34,971 bases of DNA from Acidobacteriota bacterium (GTDB taxonomy: Bacteria; Acidobacteriota; Terriglobia; Terriglobales; SCQP01): contig JAKAUF010000154.1 in the NCBI GenBank assembly GCA_021827785.1, forward strand, positions 1 to 34,971. The letters run 5' to 3'. Positions within the stretch are counted from its first letter, which is position 1. Each line of letters begins with the position of its first letter. The position numbers and the translations under genes were made by a program. Below, in pieces: positions 9,399 through 17,074 of the stretch. The notes under the pieces were generated by a model. That model was not told the origin of the DNA. It saw only the letters and a program-made list of their open reading frames with translations, and made no database searches.

Positions 9399-11573
9399 GT
9401 GGCCAAGGCAATCACTTCTTCGGCGGATGGCGTGAGCGCGAATTTCGCCGCGCTGGCGGCGCGCATTGCCGCCTTGCGCCCGGGCGCCGACCAGGAGTTG
9501 GTGGCGCGCGCTTACGCCTTTTCGCTGCAACATCACCAAAATCAGCGGCGCCGCTCCGGCGAGGCCTACATTACCCATCCGCTCGAGGTAGCCGCCATCC
9601 TGGCGGAGATGCGGATGGATGAAACCTGCATCGCGGCCGCGCTTTTGCACGACGCCTTGGAGGATACGCCCGCCACGCAGGAGCAGATCGCCGCCGAGTT
9701 CGGCCCGGTGGTGGCCCACTTGGTGGCCGGCGTCACCAAGATTGACCATTTGGATTTGGCCGGTTCCGGTCCGGATCGGCCTGGCGCGCGGCAAGCGGAA
9801 ACCGTGCGCAAGATGCTGCTGGCGATGGTGGATGACCTGCGGGTCATCCTCATCAAGCTGGCGGACCGGCTGCACAATATGCGGACGCTCCGCCATCTGC
9901 CGCCGCCGCGGCAGCAGGCGGTGGCGCGGGAAACGATGGAAATCTACGCCCCGCTGGCGCACCGGCTCGGCATGGGCAAAGTCCGCGGGGAATTGGAGGA
10001 CCTGGCCTTCAGCTACTTGGAGCCGGAGGCGTACGCCCAGGTGCGCCGCCAAGTGGAGAGCCGGCGCCAGGTCAGCGAAGAGTTCCTCCATCAGGTCAAG
10101 GCGCGGATCGAGGCGGCGCTGGCGGACTTGCAGATTCCCTGCCGCGTCGAGGGCCGCATCAAGCGCTTTTACAGCATCTGGCAAAAGCTGCGGCGGCAGG
10201 AAATCGAGATCGAGCAGGTCTACGATCTGCTGGCGGTACGGGTGATCACCGGTTCGGTGCGGGACTGCTATGCCGCCCTGGGCATCATCCACAATACCTG
10301 GCATCCGGTGCCCGGACGCATCAAGGATTTCATCGCCATGCCCCGGCCCAACGGCTATCAAAGCCTGCACACCTCGGTGATCCACGAATCCGGACAGCCC
10401 TTCGAGGCCCAGATCCGCACCGAGGAGATGCACCGCATGGCCGAGGACGGCATCGCGGCGCATTGGAAATACAAGGACGGCGGCTTGACCGCCGAAGCCG
10501 AGGATGAGCGCATCGGCTGGCTGCGCCGCGTGGTGGAATGGCAGCAGGAAATGCGCGATCCGGGCGAGTTCCTGGCGACGCTGAAGGTGGATCTGCACCC
10601 CGAGGAGGTCTACGCGTTCACGCCCAAGGGCAAGATCATCCGCCTGCCCCGGGACGCGACGCCCGTGGACTTTGCCTTCGCCATCCACACCGAGGTTGGC
10701 CACCATTGCGTGGGCGCCAAGCTGAACGGTCGCATGGCGCCGCTGCGCACGCCCATCCAAAATGGCGACATCGTCGAGATCCTGACGCAGCCGGGCCACG
10801 CCCCCAGCCGGGACTGGCTGGGCTTCGTCAAGACGGCGCGAGCACGGCAAAAGATCCGCCATTGGGTGAGCGCGCAAGAGCGGGCGCAGGCGGTGGACAT
10901 TGGGCGGCGCGCCTTGGAGCGCGAAGCCCGCAAGCGGGACGGCGGCCTGCGTCTGTTGCGCGATGCGGATCTGGGCCAAGCGGGCACGGAATACGGGTAC
11001 TTGCAAGCGGAAGATGTGCAGGCGGCGATCGGGTACGGCAAAATCTCCGCCCGGCAAATCTTTGGCCGCCTGGCCGGCGACCGGAGCGGTCCGGCCAAAA
11101 CGCCGCGCCTCCCCCGGCCGGCGGGCGGCGAGGGCGCGGGGCCGATTCTGGTGCGCGGCTTCCACGATTTAATGGTCTATCGCGCCCGCTGTTGCCACCC
11201 GCTGCCCGGCGAGCCGATTGTCGGCTACATCACCCGTGGCCGGGGCGTCGCGGTCCATGCCGAGCACTGCGCCAACGTGCAGAACCTGATGTACCAGCCC
11301 GACCGACGCATTGACGTCGCGTGGGCGCCGCATGCCGACGCCCCGCAACCGGTGCGCCTGCGCCTGCACACCGACGATCGGGCGGGGCTGCTCAACGCCA
11401 TCACGGCCGTGATCTCCGCCAGCGGCGCCAATATCGGCCATATCGCCGCCCGTACCGGGCAAGGCCGGGCCACCATTGAGGTCATCCTGGAAGCGCGCGA
11501 TCTGCCGCAATTGGAGGGGATCCAATCCGGACTTAAGGCCATCGCCGGCGTCCACGGAGTCGAGCGGCGGTGA
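9399..11573 (+). CDS. rel: Bifunctional (p)ppGpp synthetase/hydrolase (long RSH: HD, SYNTH, TGS, ZFD, ACT)
   Basis: HD motif LLHDALED, IKLADRLHNMRTL, RIKDFIAMPRPNGYQSLHT (RxKD), TGS TPVDFAFAIHTEVG, ARCCHPLPGEPIVGYITRGRG, C-terminal ACT. Confidence 0.96.
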   Translation: MAKAITSSADGVSANFAALAARIAALRPGADQELVARAYAFSLQHHQNQRRRSGEAYITHPLEVAAILAEMRMDETCIAAALLHDALEDTPATQEQIAAEFGPVVAHLVAGVTKIDHLDLAGSGPDRPGARQAETVRKMLLAMVDDLRVILIKLADRLHNMRTLRHLPPPRQQAVARETMEIYAPLAHRLGMGKVRGELEDLAFSYLEPEAYAQVRRQVESRRQVSEEFLHQVKARIEAALADLQIPCRVEGRIKRFYSIWQKLRRQEIEIEQVYDLLAVRVITGSVRDCYAALGIIHNTWHPVPGRIKDFIAMPRPNGYQSLHTSVIHESGQPFEAQIRTEEMHRMAEDGIAAHWKYKDGGLTAEAEDERIGWLRRVVEWQQEMRDPGEFLATLKVDLHPEEVYAFTPKGKIIRLPRDATPVDFAFAIHTEVGHHCVGAKLNGRMAPLRTPIQNGDIVEILTQPGHAPSRDWLGFVKTARARQKIRHWVSAQERAQAVDIGRRALEREARKRDGGLRLLRDADLGQAGTEYGYLQAEDVQAAIGYGKISARQIFGRLAGDRSGPAKTPRLPRPAGGEGAGPILVRGFHDLMVYRARCCHPLPGEPIVGYITRGRGVAVHAEHCANVQNLMYQPDRRIDVAWAPHADAPQPVRLRLHTDDRAGLLNAITAVISASGANIGHIAARTGQGRATIEVILEARDLPQLEGIQSGLKAIAGVHGVERR

Positions 11574-12175
11574 CCCACGCTTCCTCGCCGCCCTGGCGCC
11601 CTGCCGGGAGACGGGCGGGCCGGCGCTGGCGCGGCGGATTGGCTTTGGCCGCGGCCGTGTTGTTGGCCGCCGGCGCGGGAGCCGGCTGCGCGAATCCCAA
11701 TTTCGTCCCTCCCGGCAGCCTGCCGCTGACCGCGGCAGAGCCACGATCGGCCACCGCCACGGCCCAATTCCTGCCCGGCCGATGGCAGGTGGAACACGTG
11801 CAGCAGCCGCCGCAGGCGACCTTTGGCGCCAATTTGATTCAGCAGGCAGCGGAGGTAGCCGATGTAGCCGGTTGGTCGGAGATGGACTTCCAACCGCTCC
11901 CCGCCGGCGCCGGCGTTTCTCATCCCGGCACGGTAGAACTGAGCAGCGGCGCGCATCACGTACGTCTCAGCTATTGGATGGAAGGCAACGTGATGGCCAT
12001 CGCCGCCCGCGCGGAGCGTTTCCTGAGCCATGAGCACTGGCAAGTGTTAGCCGGCCGCAAGTTGCTTCTGCTGCGCTCGATCAGCGATGGCGAGGTGATT
12101 TTATTGCGCCGCCTCGGCCCCAAGGCAGCCCCGCCCCGCCCCACCCCGCCCAATCGCCGCTCGCGCCGCCGCTAG
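11570..12175 (+). CDS. Hypothetical lipoprotein
   Basis: GTG overlaps the rel stop (GTGA). Basic N-region, hydrophobic stretch and AGAGC lipobox-like site. Confidence 0.65.
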   Translation: MTHASSPPWRPAGRRAGRRWRGGLALAAAVLLAAGAGAGCANPNFVPPGSLPLTAAEPRSATATAQFLPGRWQVEHVQQPPQATFGANLIQQAAEVADVAGWSEMDFQPLPAGAGVSHPGTVELSSGAHHVRLSYWMEGNVMAIAARAERFLSHEHWQVLAGRKLLLLRSISDGEVILLRRLGPKAAPPRPTPPNRRSRRR

Positions 12176-12945
12176 GCTACCGCGGAGTCTCGCGCCGCCG
12201 CCTGGCGGTAGCCACCGCGCAGCGCGTACCAGCGGATGCGGACCAGGTCCGCGAACATCCGTCCGCTGTCGCGGAGCAAGCGAATCTTGGCGCCGGGCGC
12301 ATGCGCCCATACCACCGGCACCTCTTGCACCTTCCACCCTTGCAGTTTGGCCAAAAACAGCAGTTCCGGATCGAAGCCCCAGCCCTCGATGCGTTGCAGC
12401 GGAAAGATCCGCGCCGCGGCTTCCTGCCGGAAGAGCTTGAACCCGCACTGCGTATCGCGGAACGGCAAACCCAGCGTCAGCACCACCAGCCGATTGAAAA
12501 ATCGGCCGGCGGATTCGCGAACACGGCTTTGGTGCGCCTGGATCAACTCCGCCTCCGCCCGGCTGCCAATGGCGATATCGGCGCCGGCATCCAGTGCCGC
12601 TCGCAGCTTGGCGAGTTCGCCGATCGGCGCCGAAAGGTCGGCGTCGGTGAACAGCAGGTAACGTCCGCGGGCCGCCAGCATGCCGTGGCGCACGCTGTAG
12701 CCCTTACCCCGATTTCCGGGGTTGGCCAGCACTCGCAAGGGAAACGAGGCGCGGAAGGCGCGGACGGTGGCGGCAGTGGCGTCGCTGGAGCCATCATCCA
12801 CCACGAGCACTTCCACTTCGCCACCATAGCGGCCCAACGCCCGCTGCAACTCCGCCAGCGTGCGCGGCAGGCGCTGCTCCTCGTTGAAGGCAGGGATCAC
12901 AATACTCAGTTCCGGCGCGGGCGACGGAATGGCGGCGGCAGGCAT
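12172..12945 (-). CDS. Glycosyltransferase family 2, polyprenyl/dolichyl-phosphate glucosyltransferase-like
   Basis: SIVIPAFNEE, VVDDGSSD, NRGKG, FTDADLS, DTQCGFKLF, GFDPELL. Confidence 0.9.
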   Translation of the reverse strand: MPAAAIPSPAPELSIVIPAFNEEQRLPRTLAELQRALGRYGGEVEVLVVDDGSSDATAATVRAFRASFPLRVLANPGNRGKGYSVRHGMLAARGRYLLFTDADLSAPIGELAKLRAALDAGADIAIGSRAEAELIQAHQSRVRESAGRFFNRLVVLTLGLPFRDTQCGFKLFRQEAAARIFPLQRIEGWGFDPELLFLAKLQGWKVQEVPVVWAHAPGAKIRLLRDSGRMFADLVRIRWYALRGGYRQAAARDSAVA

Positions 12946-12949
12946 GTTC

Positions 12950-13933
12950 TCAGACGGCGGGCGGCTCAGGCGGCTGCGGTGATTGCCGCAGCATCGCCAG
13001 GTATTCGCCCATGATATGCGGGTCCCACCACCCCTGCTCGGTCTCGGTTGTCAATTGCGCCCGCGCCCGCTCCGCCGGCCATGCGGGCTTGTAGGGCCGC
13101 TCGGTGGTCAGGGCGTCGTAGGCGTCCACCACCTGTAGGATGCGGGCGAGCAAAGGAATGTTCTCCGCTTCCAAGTGGTCAGGGTAGCCACCCCCATTCC
13201 AGTGTTCGTGGTGATGCCGGATAATCGGCAGCACCCGGGCAAGCGACCGCAGCGGCCGGCAAATCTCCTCGCCCGAACTGGGATGCATGCGCATGATCTG
13301 CCATTCCGCTTCCGTCAGCCCGGTCGGCTTGCGCAGGATTACGTCCGGCACGGCGATCTTGCCGATATCGTGCAGCACCCCGCCGCGGCGCAGTGCGACC
13401 ACGTCTTCCTGCGCCAACCCCAAGCGCTGGCCCAGGGCCGCGGCTTGCGTCGCCAGCCGTTGGCAATGTCCCTGGGTATATTTATCCCGCGCTTCCACCC
13501 CAAGCGCCAAGGTAAACAGGACATCCTCGGCGCTTTCCAGCTCATCGGTGTAGCGCTTCAGCTTGATCAAACTGACCACCCGGGCGAATAGCTCGGGGGG
13601 GTCCACCGGCTTGTTGAGGAAGTCGTCGGCGCCGGCCTCGATGCCACGAATCTTCGATTCATGGTCCGTCAAACCGGTGATCAACATCACCGGCACCAAG
13701 CGGGTTCGGCCGTGCTGCTTGATATGGCGGCACATCTCAATGCCGCTCCCGTCGGGCAGAACCACGTCCAGCAGCGCCAGATCCGGCTCCCAGCTTTGGA
13801 ACACTTCCATGCCCTCGCGGCAGGTCGGCGCCATCCGCACCTGGAAACCCCGCAGGCGCAGCATCTCCGCCGTCAATTCCCGTCCCACGTCATCGTCGTC
13901 CACCACCAAAATGCGGGCGCCGGCAATTTCCAC
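12950..13933 (-). CDS. Response regulator with HD-GYP phosphodiesterase domain (RpfG-like)
   Basis: REC domain ILVVDDD...LLDVVLP...DDFLNKP; HD-GYP LHDIGKI, HHEHWNGGGYP, VVDAYDALTTERPYK. Start uncertain; GTG 13933 chosen. Confidence 0.9.
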   Translation of the reverse strand: MEIAGARILVVDDDDVGRELTAEMLRLRGFQVRMAPTCREGMEVFQSWEPDLALLDVVLPDGSGIEMCRHIKQHGRTRLVPVMLITGLTDHESKIRGIEAGADDFLNKPVDPPELFARVVSLIKLKRYTDELESAEDVLFTLALGVEARDKYTQGHCQRLATQAAALGQRLGLAQEDVVALRRGGVLHDIGKIAVPDVILRKPTGLTEAEWQIMRMHPSSGEEICRPLRSLARVLPIIRHHHEHWNGGGYPDHLEAENIPLLARILQVVDAYDALTTERPYKPAWPAERARAQLTTETEQGWWDPHIMGEYLAMLRQSPQPPEPPAV

Positions 13934-14009
13934 GGGCGGGGTCTCGGCGGAAGGAAACGCGGCAGCCAAGATTAGGGCCTCCGGCGGCTCAGGATCAACC
14001 GGGAACGAA

Positions 14010-14309
14010 TCAGCTGGCCAGCGTGGTGCGGCCAGAGTCAGTGAGATGCAAACGACCGGCGCCTGGCCCGGCAGCCGGCTCGGTCCCCGGCCGCGGACCT
14101 GCTTCGCCATCGCCCTCCGGCGCCAACCAACCCCGTTCCAAGGCGGCTTTCAAGGCCGCACGGATCTCCGCTTCCGGGTAGCGCTCCTCATAATGGCCGC
14201 CGGCCACCGTATTGAGGAACATGAACACGGATACATAGTCCAGTCCCTGCGGCGCATGCTCGGCAAGCAACGCCAAGATTTCCCGAATGAGTACCGTGGG
14301 CGGGGGCAA
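14010..14309 (-). CDS. Small hypothetical protein (possible winged-helix-like fold)
   Basis: Fills the gap between the decarboxylase and HD-GYP genes. GGGGAG before a TTG start; ends LHLTDSGR, resembling a wHTH wing. Confidence 0.55.
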   Translation of the reverse strand: MPPPTVLIREILALLAEHAPQGLDYVSVFMFLNTVAGGHYEERYPEAEIRAALKAALERGWLAPEGDGEAGPRPGTEPAAGPGAGRLHLTDSGRTTLAS

Positions 14310-14322
14310 ATCGGCCGTGGCG

Positions 14323-14868
14323 CTACTCCCCGATCAAAATGGCACAGGAAAGAACCGTGGTCCACAACCCCCGCTTGTCTCCCACCGCCGACTGGGTGAC
14401 GTTGAGGGTGCGAACGATCTTGTTGGAAATGCGATAAATCTCCTTCTTTTCGTCCCAAGAGCGGTCCGGATCGAAGTCCACCGCCAGCGTCGTGGCGAGC
14501 ATCTCCGCCGCCAATTCCTCGGCGTATTCCCCGGCCTGCTGCTCGGTTTCACCGAAGGAATGATGCTCGGACAGGTAACCATAGGCATTGCGGTCGGCGG
14601 GCAAGGCCAAGCCAATGGAAGCGGCGATCAGGCGGTGCGGTTCGCGGGTGGAGTTTTCGCTCAGCACGGCGAAAACCACCTCGCCCGGGCTCAGCAGCTT
14701 GAGGCCGGCGGAGCGCGGGATCAGCTTGCACCGCGGGGGGAAAATGCTGGAGACGCGGACCAGGTTACAGGCGGCAATGCCCGCGTCGCGCAGCGCCAAC
14801 TCGAAGCTGGTCAGGCGCTCACGGTGCTTGCCCACGCCTTTGGACAGAAAAATCTGTTTTGCAATCAT
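14323..14868 (-). CDS. pdaD: Pyruvoyl-dependent arginine decarboxylase (PdaD/AaxB family)
   Basis: [14 protein letters not shown], self-cleavage site [27 protein letters not shown]. Confidence 0.9.
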   Translation of the reverse strand: MIAKQIFLSKGVGKHRERLTSFELALRDAGIAACNLVRVSSIFPPRCKLIPRSAGLKLLSPGEVVFAVLSENSTREPHRLIAASIGLALPADRNAYGYLSEHHSFGETEQQAGEYAEELAAEMLATTLAVDFDPDRSWDEKKEIYRISNKIVRTLNVTQSAVGDKRGLWTTVLSCAILIGE

Positions 14869-14954
14869 TCTGGCTGAGGCCCGCTGCAGGTCCGCGCCCC
14901 ACCCGTGGGCCCTGCGAGGCGGCTAAGGCGGCGGAAAATAGGCGGTAACTTGGA

Positions 14955-14983
14955 AAAGTAGCAAAAGCCGGCGGCAGCGTCAA
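14955..14983 (-). promoter_or_regulatory. sigma70 promoter of pdaD
   Basis: Minus strand TTGACG-17 nt-TACTTT with TG extension (-35 at 14983-14978, -10 at 14960-14955). Confidence 0.7.
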
Positions 14984-15019
14984 TGTGAAATCCTGCCCCC
15001 TTGGCGCCGGCCCTCGCGG

Positions 15020-15295
15020 CTAGGCGCCGCCGGCGATGGAAGGCAGGATCAGCACATCATCGCCGGGCCGGAACTCATACTCCGGGCCGCCCAGAAAACG
15101 AATGTCCTCGTCATTGACGTAGACGTTGAAAAACCGCCGCGGCCGGCCGTCCGCCTCGCAAATCCGCTCGCGCAGCTCGGGAAACCGCGCGGCCAATTCC
15201 GTGATCAGCGCGGGCAGGTTGGCGGCTTGGCAGTCCAGGCTCGCCTGGCCGCCGGTAAATTTTTGCAATGGGGTGGGGATGCGCAAGGTGTACAT
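15020..15295 (-). CDS. MoaD/ThiS/CysO-family ubiquitin-like sulfur carrier protein
   Basis: LRIPTPLQKFTGG, FFNVYVNDEDIRFL, C-terminus LILPSIAGG-A. GGAG RBS. Confidence 0.9.
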   Translation of the reverse strand: MYTLRIPTPLQKFTGGQASLDCQAANLPALITELAARFPELRERICEADGRPRRFFNVYVNDEDIRFLGGPEYEFRPGDDVLILPSIAGGA

Positions 15296-15316
15296 GGAAA
15301 CGTCTCCGGGAGGGGC

Positions 15317-16564
15317 TTAGGCGGTGGCGAGGGCGGGCTCGGAATGGGCGGCGAGCAGCGCCTCCAGATCTTGCAGGCGCGGACGAATGACCGGCGCCGC
15401 CGCCTGGTCGGCGACCACGGCATCCAGGGTCTTCAGGCCGTTGCCGGTCAGCACCAGCACGATCGGGCGGTCCGGATCCAGGCGCCCTTGCGCCAGCAGC
15501 TTTTGCGCGCAGGCAACCGTTACCCCGCCCGCGGTTTCGGCGAAGATGCCCTCGGTCTCCGCCAGCAGCCGCATGGCGGCGACGATCTCTCCATCGCTGG
15601 CGTCTTCGGCCCACCCGCCGCTTTCGCGCACCAGCTTGGCGGCGTAGAAGCCGTCGGCGGGGTTGCCGATCGCCAAGCTGCGGGCAATGGTCTGCGGCCG
15701 CTGCGGTTCAATTTCCCCACGGCCGGATTTCACCGCCGTCGAGATGGGCGAACAGCCGGTAGCCTGGGCGCCGCAAATCGCCGTCTCGCCCCGCGCCCAG
15801 CCCAATTGGCGCAGCTCGCGGAAGGCTTTGGCGATTTTGCCGATCAGCGAACCGCCGGCCATGGGACAGACCAGCGCCGCGGGCAATTCGCCGCCGAGTT
15901 GCTCCGCAATTTCAAAACCCACCGTCTTGGAGCCCTCGGCGTAATAGGAGCGCAAATTGACGTTGACGATTCCCCAGGGAAAGCGCTGTGCGATCTCGGC
16001 GCAGAGCCGGTTCACATGGTCGTAGTTGCCTTCAATCTGGATCAAGTGGGCGCCGTAAATGAGCGTCGCCGCCACCTTGGCGGGCTCCAGACCGGTGGGA
16101 ACGAAGATATAGGCGGGCAGGCCCAGCATCGCCGCTTGCGCCGCGACGGCATTGGCCAGGTTGCCGGTGGAGGAGCAGGCGACGGTCGTGAAGCCAAACT
16201 CCTGGGCCTTGCGCAACGCCACCGCCACCACCCGGTCCTTGAACGAGAGCGTGGGGAAATTGACCGCGTCGTTTTTCAGGAACAAGCGCCGCGCGCCCAG
16301 CGCGCGTCCCAGCCGTGGCGCGGGAATCAGCGGCGTGCCGCCGGTCGGCAGGTTGGCGGGCACGGCGTCCAGCGGCAGCAATTCCCGGTAGCGCCACATG
16401 TCGCGCGGCCGCGAGGCCCATAGCGCCGGACTGGCGGCGCGGCCCACCGCCTCCAGATCGTATTCGATCTCCAGCGGCGCGAAGCACTCATCGCACGCGG
16501 CGATCGGTTGGGGACGAAATTGTTTGCCGCAGTCGCGGCATCGCAAACCGGTTTCAAACGACAT
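15317..16564 (-). CDS. thrC: Threonine synthase-like PLP enzyme (fold type II); probably sulfur-amino-acid synthesis given its context
   Basis: N-terminal CxxC...CxxC, MWRYRELLP, FPTLSFKDR (PLP Lys), CSSTGNLANA, EGSKT, ARSLAIGNP, LTGNGLKT. ATG 16564 with GAGG RBS. Confidence 0.88.
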   Translation of the reverse strand: MSFETGLRCRDCGKQFRPQPIAACDECFAPLEIEYDLEAVGRAASPALWASRPRDMWRYRELLPLDAVPANLPTGGTPLIPAPRLGRALGARRLFLKNDAVNFPTLSFKDRVVAVALRKAQEFGFTTVACSSTGNLANAVAAQAAMLGLPAYIFVPTGLEPAKVAATLIYGAHLIQIEGNYDHVNRLCAEIAQRFPWGIVNVNLRSYYAEGSKTVGFEIAEQLGGELPAALVCPMAGGSLIGKIAKAFRELRQLGWARGETAICGAQATGCSPISTAVKSGRGEIEPQRPQTIARSLAIGNPADGFYAAKLVRESGGWAEDASDGEIVAAMRLLAETEGIFAETAGGVTVACAQKLLAQGRLDPDRPIVLVLTGNGLKTLDAVVADQAAAPVIRPRLQDLEALLAAHSEPALATA

Positions 16565-16635
16565 AGCAGGCCTCTGGCGAATGCTCCGCGCCCGGGAGAC
16601 CGAGAGAGGCTGTGCAAAAGAAGGTGGCAATCAAT

Positions 16636-16663
16636 GAAAAAGCCCCTTCTGTGAGAAGAGGCT
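16636..16663 (-). terminator. Intrinsic terminator of the riboswitch expression platform
   Basis: Minus strand AGCCTCTTCT-CAC-AGAAGGGGCT followed by TTTTC. Confidence 0.85.
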
Positions 16664-16688
16664 GGAAGGAGAACCGACCGCCCCTTGT

Positions 16689-16840
16689 CTCATCTTTCCC
16701 AAGCCAAAACCGCTCAGCGATTTTCTTGGGCAGGAATTGGCACCTTGACGCCCCGCGGTACGCCGTTGTTTGCGGCGCTCCCAGCGAAACCGGTTGCCGT
16801 GGCTTCTACGGGCCTGTTCCCTCAGCCACTCTCGATGATT
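16689..16840 (-). ncRNA. SAM-I (S-box) riboswitch aptamer
   Basis: Minus strand ATCATCGAGAGTGGCTGAGGGAACAGGCCCGTAGAAGCCACGGCAACC...GGTGCCAATTCCTGC...GGAAAGATGAG carries the SAM-I core: AUC..GAG, kink-turn P2, GCAACC, GGUGCxAAUUCC, AGAUGAG. Confidence 0.93.
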
Positions 16841-16891
16841 CAGGGCAGACTCGGCTTGCCAGCCGAGTCCGGATATTCAGTTGTCATACCG

Positions 16892-16920
16892 AATATACGC
16901 CAACCGGGGATTGGGCGCAA
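16892..16920 (-). promoter_or_regulatory. sigma70 promoter of the riboswitch-thrC-moaD unit
   Basis: Minus strand TTGCGC-17 nt-TATATT. Confidence 0.7.
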
Positions 16921-17074
16921 CCAGGCGCAAAGCCGGAATCACCCACCCTCGGCGCGACTGCGCACAGCGGCTGGCGGGAGGCGCCAGTGTCGCGCGCGCG
17001 GCGCCACCCGCGGGACCGGCCCATCCGCGCGGCGCGGGCCCGTCCGGCCCAGCGCCCTTGCTATGCTGCCAATG

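Noticed and set aside
9354-11165. Long antisense or alternate-frame ORFs (603 aa opposite rel; also 98-1375, 808-2100, 15227-16423, 22246-23178, 33803-34882)
   Set aside because: They are shadows of well-supported genes; high GC and codon bias suppress stops in other frames, and none has a recognisable motif.
14323-15295. pdaD as part of the SAM-riboswitch operon (a SAM-polyamine link)
   Set aside because: A 151-bp gap contains a good independent sigma70 promoter. Read-through is possible but unsupported.
16685-17074. N-terminal extensions in the ORF track for nagB (similarly 2136, 8606, 14110, 24077, 25129, 29831, 30832 starts)
   Set aside because: They overlap the riboswitch, promoters or neighbouring genes; downstream starts fit family N-termini, RBS or -10 spacing, or stop-start overlaps.
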